Shown here piece after piece: positions 1 to 9,918 of a DNA stretch of 32,900 nt. The DNA lies in the NCBI RefSeq assembly GCF_001194135.2, contig NC_069002.1, positions 7,855,921-7,888,820 on the forward strand, written 5' to 3'. A program made the translations under genes and the position numbers. Within the stretch, counting starts at the first letter, position 1. Every line of letters begins with the position of its first letter. The notes under the pieces were generated by a model. It worked only from the letters and a program-made list of their open reading frames with translations, did not search any database and had not been told where the DNA came from. The DNA is from Octopus bimaculoides (lineage: Eukaryota).

Positions 1-57
<57 letters not shown>
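1..57. repeat. (TA)n microsatellite
   Basis: Pure TA dinucleotide run at the window start. Confidence 0.98.
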
Positions 58-60
<3 letters not shown>

Positions 61-526
61 CGTACACACATGCACCCACTGCACAGAAACAGGCATACGA
101 GAAGGCAGGCACACCAGTTTATCTACAGTAAAACGACGGCAGACATCTTAGCTAAAAGATAATAAATGACTGCATCATCACCTGAGCTCTATAACATTTA
201 ACAATAGCAGAGATGTGCTGAGGCTATTATTCGCCGATATATTGCTTAATAAGTCGGTGTGATGTCTCTGTAAATAAAAGGACATTATTCTTGATATAAT
301 ATATAGCATTTTGTACAAATAAGCTCTTATACAGATCGAGACTCAGCTGTAGAAATACATAAACGATTGATATTCCTTCATCAAATCAATTAAATTTTCG
401 CCACTCTTTCTCTCTCTCTGTTCCACTGTGTTTCACCCCATACATATATACACACATACAAACAAGGTCTTACCAGAAAGTTCTCAGACTTATTATGTTT
501 AATACTTAACGGTTCGGCATAAGAGA

Positions 527-656
527 TCGATAGAATGATCACTCGGCTTCCAAAGAATGAGTCCTGCGATCGATGTCTTAGACTAGATGCCTTCAAAGCG
601 GTCGTCCAGCATAGCCATTGTCAAATGACTGAAACAAGTAAAAGAATAAAAGAATA
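527..656 (+). mobile_element. SINE 3' fragment, family A core with the 'ccagcat...caaatgactgaaacaagtaaaagaataaaaga' tail
   Basis: The tail gtccagcatagccattgtcaaatgactgaaacaagtaaaagaataaaagaata is related to diverged copies at 4321-4433 (+), 6966-7025 (-) and 31271-31338 (-). Confidence 0.75.
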
Positions 657-737
657 TATACATATACATAAATAAATATACCGATGATTTTGTATATAAT
701 ACACAGACAGAAAAACTGACAGATATGCACATACGTG

Positions 738-739
<2 letters not shown>

Positions 740-799
<60 letters not shown>
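740..799. repeat. (CA)n microsatellite abutting a gap
   Basis: Pure CA run ending at the N gap. Confidence 0.97.
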
Positions 800-1443
800 N
801 NNNNNNNNNNNNNNNNNNNNNNNNNNNNNNNNNNNNNNNNNNNNNNNNNNNNNNNNNNNNNNNNNNNNNNNNNNNNNNNNNNNNNNNNNNNNNNNNNNNN
901 NNNNNNNNNNNNNNNNNNNNNNNNNNNNNNNNNNNNNNNNNNNNNNNNNNNNNNNNNNNNNNNNNNNNNNNNNNNNNNNNNNNNNNNNNNNNNNNNNNNN
1001 NNNNNNNNNNNNNNNNNNNNNNNNNNNNNNNNNNNNNNNNNNNNNNNNNNNNNNNNNNNNNNNNNNNNNNNNNNNNNNNNNNNNNNNNNNNNNNNNNNNN
1101 NNNNNNNNNNNNNNNNNNNNNNNNNNNNNNNNNNNNNNNNNNNNNNNNNNNNNNNNNNNNNNNNNNNNNNNNNNNNNNNNNNNNNNNNNNNNNNNNNNNN
1201 NNNNNNNNNNNNNNNNNNNNNNNNNNNNNNNNNNNNNNNNNNNNNNNNNNNNNNNNNNNNNNNNNNNNNNNNNNNNNNNNNNNNNNNNNNNNNNNNNNNN
1301 NNNNNNNNNNNNNNNNNNNNNNNNNNNNNNNNNNNNNNNNNNNNNNNNNNNNNNNNNNNNNNNNNNNNNNNNNNNNNNNNNNNNNNNNNNNNNNNNNNNN
1401 NNNNNNNNNNNNNNNNNNNNNNNNNNNNNNNNNNNNNNNNNNN
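800..1443. other. Assembly gap. Other gaps: 7364-7764, 8445-9100, 11165-11553, 12352-12726, 13872-13992, 15029-15038, 19239-19901, 20611-21575, 25293-25814, 26930-27713, 30676-30770
   Basis: Runs of N, most bordered by dinucleotide microsatellites, as expected when short-read contigs break at SSRs. Confidence 0.99.
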
Positions 1444-1649
1444 AAATGTTTATTTATTTTTCTCTCATTGACATTTATTCATTTTAGAAAGAATGTATTA
1501 CAGACTTCTTCATATTTGAAATTCCCCGGATGATTGTTATTATTTCTTAGACAAACGTTTCAGGAATCTCTCAACGTCTCCATTACTCGTTTTATTTACT
1601 ATAACAACAGTAATAATAGTAACGATCATCATAACAAGAACCAAAACGA

Positions 1650-1709
<60 letters not shown>

Positions 1710-1767
1710 AAATAATAATAATAATAATAACAACAGCAACAACAACAACAGCAGTAATAATGATAAT
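1650..1767. repeat. Compound (ACT)n/(AAT)n/(AAC)n microsatellite
   Basis: Consecutive trinucleotide runs that give the poly-T/poly-N stretch of ORF 1534..1851. Confidence 0.95.
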
Positions 1768-1851
1768 AAAAAAGGAATAGGGGCTGCAAAAAGGGTGGAG
1801 CACTTGCAGAAAACAACACTGCTTGGAACCGCCGGAATACTCCAGCGTTAG
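1768..1851 (+). mobile_element. Extreme C-terminal coding fragment of an RLE-type non-LTR retrotransposon
   Basis: Translates as KKGIGAAKRVEHLQKTTLLGTAGILQR*, matching the LQK.(A/T)LLGTA.ILR motif that ends RLE-clade (R4/Dong/HERO/NeSL-like) ORFs. Confidence 0.75.
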
Positions 1852-1892
1852 GAGATGTGCAAAGGCAAAAATAATAATAACGATAATTGTTT

Positions 1893-1965
1893 CGCAAGAG
1901 CACAAATTTTGGGAGAAAGACTACTACATGTTCATGTGGTAGTTATTTTATCGATCCCGAAAGGA
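1893..1965 (-). mobile_element. Degenerate family A SINE fragment
   Basis: gtggtagttattttatcgatcccgaaagga matches the family A segment ctggtacttaatttatcgaccccgaaagga at 3855-3883. Confidence 0.55.
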
Positions 1966-2035
1966 TTCGGTAGTGAAGTGAAAGCACGTTATAAAAATAA
2001 AACTACTGAACAATAATAATAATAGTAATAATAAT

Positions 2036-2362
2036 GTCACAGAAAATGAAAAAGCGACAATACTGTGGGATACTCTACACAGATAGAGAAGTTAAGGCCA
2101 ATAGGTCAGATATAGTTGTCAGAGATCACGAAGAAAAAAATGTTTTCTAATTGATGTATCAGTACAAACAGATGATAACGTTTCTCTAAAAGAAATAGAG
2201 AAACTTTCAAAATACAAAGACCTGGAAATAGAGGTAACTCGATTGTGGAGTCTAAAAACGGAAACAATTCCTATCATAGTGGGCACCTTAGGTATGATTA
2301 AAAAAATATTCAGACAAATACATAACAAAACACCAGGACTTACAAGTATATATAACATACAG
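2036..2362 (+). mobile_element. Frameshifted restriction-like endonuclease (PD-(D/E)xK) domain of an R4/Dong-like non-LTR retrotransposon
   Basis: Allowing for frameshifts it reads VTENEKATILWD...YTDREVKANRSDIVVRDHEEK/CFLIDVSVQTDDNVSLKEIEKLSKYKDLEIEVTRLWSLKTETIPIIVGTLGMIKK...KTPGLTSIYNIQ. This carries the diagnostic NRPD..IDV..KE.EK..KY.DL..E..RLW..IP..G.LG pattern, with PD mutated to SD. Confidence 0.85.
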
Positions 2363-2625
2363 GTGGTGGTGGTGGTAGTGGTGATGATGATTTCCTTATA
2401 GTTCTTGTATTAGAATGGTAATCTTGATATTCATGTCGTAGTGTAGCAGCAGCAACAGCAGCAGCAGCCCTAATGTTGCTTATGTCAGTAAATATATATT
2501 CTCACGATTATCCGATAATGCGATAGAATTACCTTCCACATTGAAATTATCAGATGAGAATATTTTCAACATACTTTCTACACTTTCTTATTGATTTTTA
2601 TTTAGGGTTATTGTCTTGTATGTAT

Positions 2626-2910
2626 CGTCATCATCACATCATCATCATCATCATCAGCAGCAGCATTGTCATCATCATCATCATCATCATTGTCATCATC
2701 GTCATCATCGTCATCATCATCATCCTCATCATCATCATCGTCATCACCATCGTCATCACCAACACCAACACCACCACCACCACCGCCACCATCTCTACCA
2801 CCATCAACATCAACGCCATCATTCATCACCCCCACCGTCGTCCTCCTCCCCTTCATTGTCGTCTTCCTCCTCACAGTCATCATCATCATCAGCAGCAGCA
2901 GCAGCAGAAG
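2626..2910. repeat. Compound (CAT)n/(CGT)/(CAC)/(CAG) trinucleotide repeat
   Basis: Imperfect trinucleotide runs; the source of the His-, Ile-, Ser- and Asp-rich pseudo-ORFs. Confidence 0.95.
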
Positions 2911-2965
2911 CAGTATTAGCATCAGGTGATACTAATTTGATTTGCCTAACATTAAATCTGAAAGT

Positions 2966-3060
2966 GAAGAAGAAGAAGAAGAAGAAGAAGAAGAAGAAGA
3001 AGAAGAAGAAGAAGAAGAAGAAGAAGAAGAAGAAGAAGAAGAAGAAGAAGAAGAAGAAGA
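2966..3060. repeat. (GAA)n microsatellite, about 32 units
   Basis: Pure GAA run flanked on both sides by aaagtgaa. Confidence 0.97.
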
Positions 3061-3374
3061 AAAGTGAATTTGACCCCTTGACACACAAGAGTTATAAAGA
3101 CGCTCTCAACGACTTCATTTTGTTCGTTTATTTTATTACTGTTTGCTGAAAGCTGCAGTGAGAGTATAAAATAAACGGACTGAGTTTGTGGCCTCCATTC
3201 ACTAGCGTATACAGACAGGAGCTAGTTACATTCGATTTATACAATTATTGGTGTTATAGGGATCAGTTATCGTGATTATATTTTATTAAGTTTTATAAAA
3301 TTCCCCAAGGGTCTCGCCTTTTGTTCGAATGAGGGGCCATTTGAATTCTTTTGATATTTCACTTCAAGAAAATA

Positions 3375-3585
3375 AGCTGGACAATCGTTTTAGATTCGAA
3401 CAAAATACTTTAGCTGTATTTCATCTGCCTTTACGTTCTGAGTTCAAACTCCAGCGAGGTCGAATTTATCTGTCATCCTTGCGGGGTCGATAAAATATAC
3501 CATGAGTCTGTTAATGGGGGTCGCTGCAATCAACTACCCCTCCACCAACAAAAGTTCAAATCTTGTGCCTATCAAAAAAAAAAAT
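3375..3585 (+). mobile_element. Family A tRNA-SINE, diverged copy
   Basis: B-box-like gttctgagttcaaactcc, core tcatccttgcggggtcgataaaat and a cttgtgcct tail; homologous to 31578-31808. Confidence 0.8.
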
Positions 3586-3591
3586 TGTTAT

Positions 3592-3760
3592 TATTCTTCT
3601 CTACTCTGGGTACAAGGCCCGAAATTTTGGGGGAGGGGTCCAGTCGATTAGATCGACCGTAGTACTCAACTGATACTTAATTTATCGACCCCTAAAGGAT
3701 GAAAGGGAAAGTCAATCTCGGTGGAATTTGAACTCAGAACGTAAAGACAGACGAAATACC
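3592..3760 (-). mobile_element. Family A SINE 3' part (outer element of a nested or dimeric structure)
   Basis: Reverse complement of the family A core and 'ccttgtacccagagtagagaagaat' tail; interrupted at gacgaaatacc (3760). Confidence 0.85.
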
Positions 3761-3978
3761 TATTTCTTTACTGCCTACAAGGGGCTGCACACAGAGGGGA
3801 CAAACAAGGACAGGCAAACGGATTAAGTCGATTATATCGACCCCAGTGCGTAACTGGTACTTAATTTATCGACCCCGAAAGGATGAAAGGCAAAGTCGAC
3901 CTCGGCGGAATTTGAACTCAGACAAAATACCGCTAAGCATTTCGCTCGGCGTGCTAACGTTTCTGGCAACTCACCGCC
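3761..3978 (-). mobile_element. Family A SINE with the 'aatccgtttg...gtagccccttgt...agtaaagaaata' tail
   Basis: Near-colinear reverse complement of the young copy at 31578-31808, apart from a short gap near 3921. Confidence 0.9.
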
Positions 3979-4320
3979 TTTTTGTTATTACTGTTATTAT
4001 TGAGTGACAGAGTAGCACATAATATCAAAATGAATATGGGGTACATTACGCAAAGACTAATATATAACTAGCCTGAATACCCATCTGAAAAGTGGGTACC
4101 CGGTATATGCATCACAATGACGTGTGCGCAACATAGTAAAGTCGTATCGAGATAAGGATAAAAGTACATGAGCTTGCAGGTGGAACTGAGTTACAATTTT
4201 TCTGTGTACGTAACTCTATTTCTGAATTTATACTTAAAAAACCGGGGCAATATTTGACAGCTTGAGGGGACAAAGAAATAAAACGTAAGTCAATCAGAAA
4301 AAAATAAAAATCAATTATAT

Positions 4321-4433
4321 AATACCAGTGTAAAATAAATACTAGGGTCGATATGTTCAACTAAAACCTTGAGGACGACACTACAACATGGCTGCCGTCC
4401 AACGTCTGAAGCCAAAATATGAATAAAAGAATA
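4321..4433 (+). mobile_element. Degenerate SINE 3' fragment (same tail type as 527-656)
   Basis: agggtcgatatgttcaactaaa...caacatggctgccgtccaacgtctgaagcc...gaataaaagaata. Confidence 0.55.
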
Positions 4434-4779
4434 TTCGATATATAAAAAAATATGCTATTAATGAACACGACATTTTCACAAATGAAATATTCATATAATT
4501 TCTTATTTAGAATGGTACAAATGACGGCTGTTTTAATGACGCTTTACATAGAACTTCTAGACTGACAAAGAAAAATCTGCCTTAAGAGCTTTAAGCAATC
4601 TAATTATAAATGTTATATTATGTTTGGTTTCAGGCATAAAAGAAAGGGTGACCTATACGACCTTTTGGGAAAAGCCTATTAAATATATTTTTATTGTTAC
4701 CTTTATTCATAAACTAATGGTCATATGTATAATTAATGGGCAAAGGAATATAAAATCATTATCATTAAACATACATACA

Positions 4780-4800
4780 TATTATTATAATTGTTATTAC

Positions 4801-4842
<42 letters not shown>

Positions 4843-4932
4843 GAATTATTATTATCATTATTATGATTATTGTTATTATTATTATTATTATTGTTGTTGT
4901 TGTTGTTGTTGTTATTATAAGTATTATTATTT

Positions 4933-5020
<88 letters not shown>
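4780..5020. repeat. Long (TAT)n/(TGT)n microsatellite
   Basis: About 240 bp of ATT and GTT runs. Confidence 0.97.
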
Positions 5021-5030
5021 TATAATATCA

Positions 5031-5190
5031 GGCGCCGAGCTAGCAGAGAGGTTAGCAGACCAGGGAAAAAATGCTTAACGGCATTTTCTGAGTTCAAATT
5101 CTGCCAAGGTAGACTTTGCCTTTCATCCTTTCGGGGTCGATAGCACCTCCCCAAAAATTTAAGGTTTTTTGCCTTTAGTAGAAAGGATTA
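5031..5190 (+). mobile_element. Family A SINE with internal deletions
   Basis: Head ggcgccgagctagcagag, B-box ctgagttcaaattc, core gcctttcatcctttcggggtcgata and tail agtagaaaggatta. Confidence 0.85.
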
Positions 5191-5711
5191 CATTAATTTA
5201 ATGTATATTATTGTAATTGTTATATATTTTTTATAGTTTTTGTTTATTTAATTCATAATGATATATAAGCTCTTTAATTATATTATATTAATTATGATTA
5301 TATTAATATAATATTGGGCTTTGTGGTTGTCGTTGCTTGAACTAAATGTATTTGAGGTTGCTTAAAATAAATATCTTTACAAGGAGTTGTTTAATATATA
5401 AAATTCGTTTAAATATCAAAGAATAATTTTGATTTTAATTGTTATATATAATTATGTTCTTACAATTAAAGCTGTTTCATAAATAGTTCTTAATTTTTAT
5501 ACTTATTTATATTACACTTGTTTCTACATGTATAATAATTTTATGCCAACTTTTAACATAAAGATGACTAAGTATAATTATATTTATTGTACTAATAGCT
5601 CTTGTTTAAACAAATCTCTTATAATAATATGGAAAAGTACAGTATATTGGAAATTAGTAATGATATATTGTTTTAGATTTATTTAGATAATTAAGTAAAT
5701 ACTAGTTGAAG

Positions 5712-5775
5712 ATGGATGGATGGGTGGATAGATGGATGGATGGATGGATGGATAGATGGATGGATGGATGGATGG
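5712..5775. repeat. (GGAT)n microsatellite
   Basis: Imperfect tetranucleotide run. Confidence 0.93.
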
Positions 5776-6106
5776 GTTAAAGGAAGCTATGAGAAAATAT
5801 TCCGCCCGCCATTTTCTTCCTACACTTTATAGATTATGCTGACATTGGTACATAATAGAAGACAAATAGTGAAAAAGAGAGAGAGAGAGAGACATGGGGG
5901 TTGATTGGGTTAAATGTAGCCCCTGAGAAGGATATAGAGGCAAACAAGAGACAAATTTACTGAGAGATAGAGAGGAAGATTGGGTAAGGCAGATATCGGA
6001 AAAGTTGAGAATTCAGAGACAGAGCGAATAAGATACTAAGAAAAAGAGAAACAGATACAGGAAGAAGAAAATGTATGAAAGAGAGAGTGCGAGAAAGAGA
6101 GAGACA

Positions 6107-6114
6107 GTGTGTGT

Positions 6115-6186
<72 letters not shown>
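6107..6186. repeat. (GT)n/(GA)n microsatellite
   Basis: Adjacent dinucleotide runs. Confidence 0.95.
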
Positions 6187-6187
<1 letters not shown>

Positions 6188-6308
6188 TTGGAAACAAAGA
6201 GATTAAAAGTTAGAAAACCACACAGTAGCAATGTAATTCAATATATTTCAGCAATAAATTATAACGAAGTTTTTAGAGTAAAATATATTGAAATAGCGCG
6301 AAGAAAAT

Positions 6309-6341
<33 letters not shown>

Positions 6342-6618
6342 CAAAAAGAAAAAGGTTGAAACGTTTAAGCGACAATAAAGATCGGAACTTTTAAGAAGAT
6401 ATGCGCTGAAAGTTAATGGAGCTATAATAACTTAAAACGGCAATATAGCGACAGAATTGTGAGAATATACTTTTTATTACATGCAGTAAAATTTTTACAA
6501 ATAGTATGCATAGGCATACACAGACACACACATTCATACATACATACATACATATATACATACATACATACATACATATGCACACACACAGACACGCGCG
6601 CGCATGCATACATATATA

Positions 6619-6672
6619 TACAGCAATCCCTCGCCATATCGCGGTCCAACTATCGCGGTTCACTTATCGCGG
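6619..6672 (+). mobile_element. pogo/Tigger-like (Tc1/mariner) DNA transposon terminus
   Basis: TA followed by CAGCAATCCCTCGCCATATCGCGG, then tatcgcgg repeated three times at 14-bp spacing. No clear second TIR. Confidence 0.6.
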
Positions 6673-6863
6673 TTTATTATTTAAGACAGGGATTTACAAA
6701 TTATTGTAACATAGTATACTTCCACTGATGGCGTTTTAAAAACGTCCATCCTTCTGCATAGTCCACAAAAAACAAACATATCGTAGATTATTTCAATCAA
6801 TCGGAAGATATTTTTGTGGAGTAGTTTATAAACAGATGAAGAGTAAGATATCTCAACGTGGTC

Positions 6864-6938
6864 GGTCAGAGTGCTAGAAATAGCAAGCATATCTCCATCA
6901 TCATTTCACAGCTTGCCCTTCTTGAAAATCAAGAATAC
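6864..6938 (+). mobile_element. Possible short SINE 3' fragment of a further family
   Basis: gtgctagaaatagcaagcatatctcc resembles an octopus repeat segment from memory only; there is no second copy in this window. Confidence 0.3.
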
Positions 6939-6965
6939 ATATATATTAGATTATGTGGATTTATA

Positions 6966-7025
6966 TATTTTCTTATTGTTTTATGTGTTTCAATTAGGTG
7001 ACTGTGGTCATGCTGGAGCACGACC
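6966..7025 (-). mobile_element. SINE tail fragment (same type as 527-656)
   Basis: Reverse complement reads ggtcgtgctccagcatgaccacagtcacctaattgaaacacataaaacaataagaaaata. Confidence 0.6.
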
Positions 7026-7134
7026 ATGAGTATATATATATATATACATATATACATATATATATCACGATGTAGTCGCATTTCCTCATACGACTCCGCC
7101 ATCAAAATTTCCCTCTGCCGCTGCTTCCACTATT

Positions 7135-7177
7135 ACTCCTCCTCCTCCTACTACTCCTCCTCCTCCTCCTCCTCCTC

Positions 7178-7210
<33 letters not shown>

Positions 7211-7245
7211 TTCATACTACTGCTGCTGCTGCTGCTGCTGCCGTT
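7135..7245. repeat. Compound (CTC)/(CTA)/(CTG) microsatellite
   Basis: Consecutive trinucleotide runs. Confidence 0.93.
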
Positions 7246-7854
7246 GCTAATCTGAAGACGTCTTTGACTCGACTAAGCAATTTAAAAAGAAGTTAACATT
7301 GTTGTATTACATTAGTAAAGAGGTGCCGATTTGTACAAAAGAATATATGAATTCATATGTGTANNNNNNNNNNNNNNNNNNNNNNNNNNNNNNNNNNNNN
7401 NNNNNNNNNNNNNNNNNNNNNNNNNNNNNNNNNNNNNNNNNNNNNNNNNNNNNNNNNNNNNNNNNNNNNNNNNNNNNNNNNNNNNNNNNNNNNNNNNNNN
7501 NNNNNNNNNNNNNNNNNNNNNNNNNNNNNNNNNNNNNNNNNNNNNNNNNNNNNNNNNNNNNNNNNNNNNNNNNNNNNNNNNNNNNNNNNNNNNNNNNNNN
7601 NNNNNNNNNNNNNNNNNNNNNNNNNNNNNNNNNNNNNNNNNNNNNNNNNNNNNNNNNNNNNNNNNNNNNNNNNNNNNNNNNNNNNNNNNNNNNNNNNNNN
7701 NNNNNNNNNNNNNNNNNNNNNNNNNNNNNNNNNNNNNNNNNNNNNNNNNNNNNNNNNNNNNNNNACTAATAATTATATATATTTATATATTCATATGTGT
7801 TATAGTTAGTGTTTACGTTTTATGTTAATAACAATATTATGATAACCTTTAGCA

Positions 7855-7891
7855 TTATTGTCGTTGTTATTCATATCATCATCATCATCAT

Positions 7892-7922
<31 letters not shown>

Positions 7923-7980
7923 GTCGTCGTCGTTGTCGTCATCGTCGTCGTCGTCGTCGTCATCGTCGTCGTCGTCATCA
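7855..7980. repeat. (CAT)n/(CGT)n microsatellite
   Basis: Trinucleotide runs; the source of the poly-D/poly-I ORFs. Confidence 0.95.
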
Positions 7981-8395
7981 TCCTTAATGATTCTTTGTAG
8001 AAATGATTTAATGAGCTGACCGATTGTATGTCGACAAGGGAAATGCATAACACCAAAGCACTTCCTTATTTAATGCATGCTGAATTAATTGACTCAGGGA
8101 TCAGTGCACAAATCACTTGAAGATAGGGGCACAACGGTACGGCGATAAACGCTCTCCGTCTCATATATCGTATTGTTGTTAATAGCCACATTTAGGATAT
8201 CAAATGGATATTTGCTGAGATTTCCGTTGGGGGAAAAATAGCCAACAGCAAAAGTATAGTTTTGTATGTGAATATATTCTAATTAATATATTCTAATTAA
8301 TATATGATTAAGATAACATTTTCATATCCTGATATGAAATAACATATACATATACATGATTGATATATATATAAAGTTTACATATATACATACGT

Positions 8396-8444
<49 letters not shown>

Positions 8445-9101
8445 NNNNNNNNNNNNNNNNNNNNNNNNNNNNNNNNNNNNNNNNNNNNNNNNNNNNNNNN
8501 NNNNNNNNNNNNNNNNNNNNNNNNNNNNNNNNNNNNNNNNNNNNNNNNNNNNNNNNNNNNNNNNNNNNNNNNNNNNNNNNNNNNNNNNNNNNNNNNNNNN
8601 NNNNNNNNNNNNNNNNNNNNNNNNNNNNNNNNNNNNNNNNNNNNNNNNNNNNNNNNNNNNNNNNNNNNNNNNNNNNNNNNNNNNNNNNNNNNNNNNNNNN
8701 NNNNNNNNNNNNNNNNNNNNNNNNNNNNNNNNNNNNNNNNNNNNNNNNNNNNNNNNNNNNNNNNNNNNNNNNNNNNNNNNNNNNNNNNNNNNNNNNNNNN
8801 NNNNNNNNNNNNNNNNNNNNNNNNNNNNNNNNNNNNNNNNNNNNNNNNNNNNNNNNNNNNNNNNNNNNNNNNNNNNNNNNNNNNNNNNNNNNNNNNNNNN
8901 NNNNNNNNNNNNNNNNNNNNNNNNNNNNNNNNNNNNNNNNNNNNNNNNNNNNNNNNNNNNNNNNNNNNNNNNNNNNNNNNNNNNNNNNNNNNNNNNNNNN
9001 NNNNNNNNNNNNNNNNNNNNNNNNNNNNNNNNNNNNNNNNNNNNNNNNNNNNNNNNNNNNNNNNNNNNNNNNNNNNNNNNNNNNNNNNNNNNNNNNNNNN
9101 N

Positions 9102-9149
<48 letters not shown>

Positions 9150-9689
9150 GTGCAATCTATGTGGGTGTTTTTCAGAACAATGTCTGGTTTCAAAAGTCAC
9201 ATCAGACGCCATGCATGGGCTAAGGTGTAGGTACAGGAGGTGGTATGTATATATACATATATACATATATATATGTGTATACACACACACACAAAAAAAA
9301 AATACACACAAAAATCATATAAATAATCTGTGGTTCATTTTCGTAATACCTTAGTTATATTTCCTATTTAATCCATATCTATAGACTAGAGAAAGACAAA
9401 ATAGACAACTGCCGTTCGTGAAAAGTATAAGTCTCTCTAGTAACTGGTGTGAACTCAGTGATTATAAATTGGTCAGATTTCAGAGATTAAAGTATTTACT
9501 TCGTTAGAGTAATACAAATTTTATTAATCATAATAGGTATAGTTGGTTCAATTTGCCCTAAATTCGACACCTCATTAGTGTTTATTAATCATCCGCGATA
9601 TAATATGGACGAGATACAAAAGCGAATAGCAACAACATAATAACATATCTGAAGAAACATATGAAAACGCAGTCTCTCTTCTATATACA

Positions 9690-9780
9690 TATGTGTGTGT
9701 GTGTGTGTGCGTGTGTGTGTGTGTGTATGCGTGTGAATGTTTTGTGTCTGTGTGTGGTGTATATATATATATATATATAC

Positions 9781-9832
<52 letters not shown>

Positions 9833-9833
9833 T

Positions 9834-9886
<53 letters not shown>
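9690..9886. repeat. Compound (GT)/(AT)/(AG)/(GATA) microsatellite
   Basis: Four consecutive SSR classes. Confidence 0.95.
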
Positions 9887-9889
9887 CCG

Positions 9890-9918
9890 TACTGGCTGCA
9901 TAACCCGTCGTTGCCGGG
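9890..9918 (-). mobile_element. Probable Helitron 3' terminus
   Basis: Minus strand reads cccg-gcaacga-cggg (GC hairpin), 8 nt, then CCAG|T, one mismatch from the canonical hairpin plus CTAG|T end. Confidence 0.45.

Noticed and set aside
2554-3149. His-, Ile-, Ser-, Asp- and Lys-rich ORFs, e.g. 2616..3149 (177 aa)
   Set aside because: They are translations of (CAT)n, (CAG)n and (GAA)n microsatellites, open in several frames and on both strands, with no non-repetitive domain.
5190-5700. Very AT-rich unique stretch considered as a possible mitochondrial insertion (NUMT)
   Set aside because: I found no recognisable 12S/16S rRNA motifs and no sustained reading frame. A BLAST against the mitogenome would settle it.
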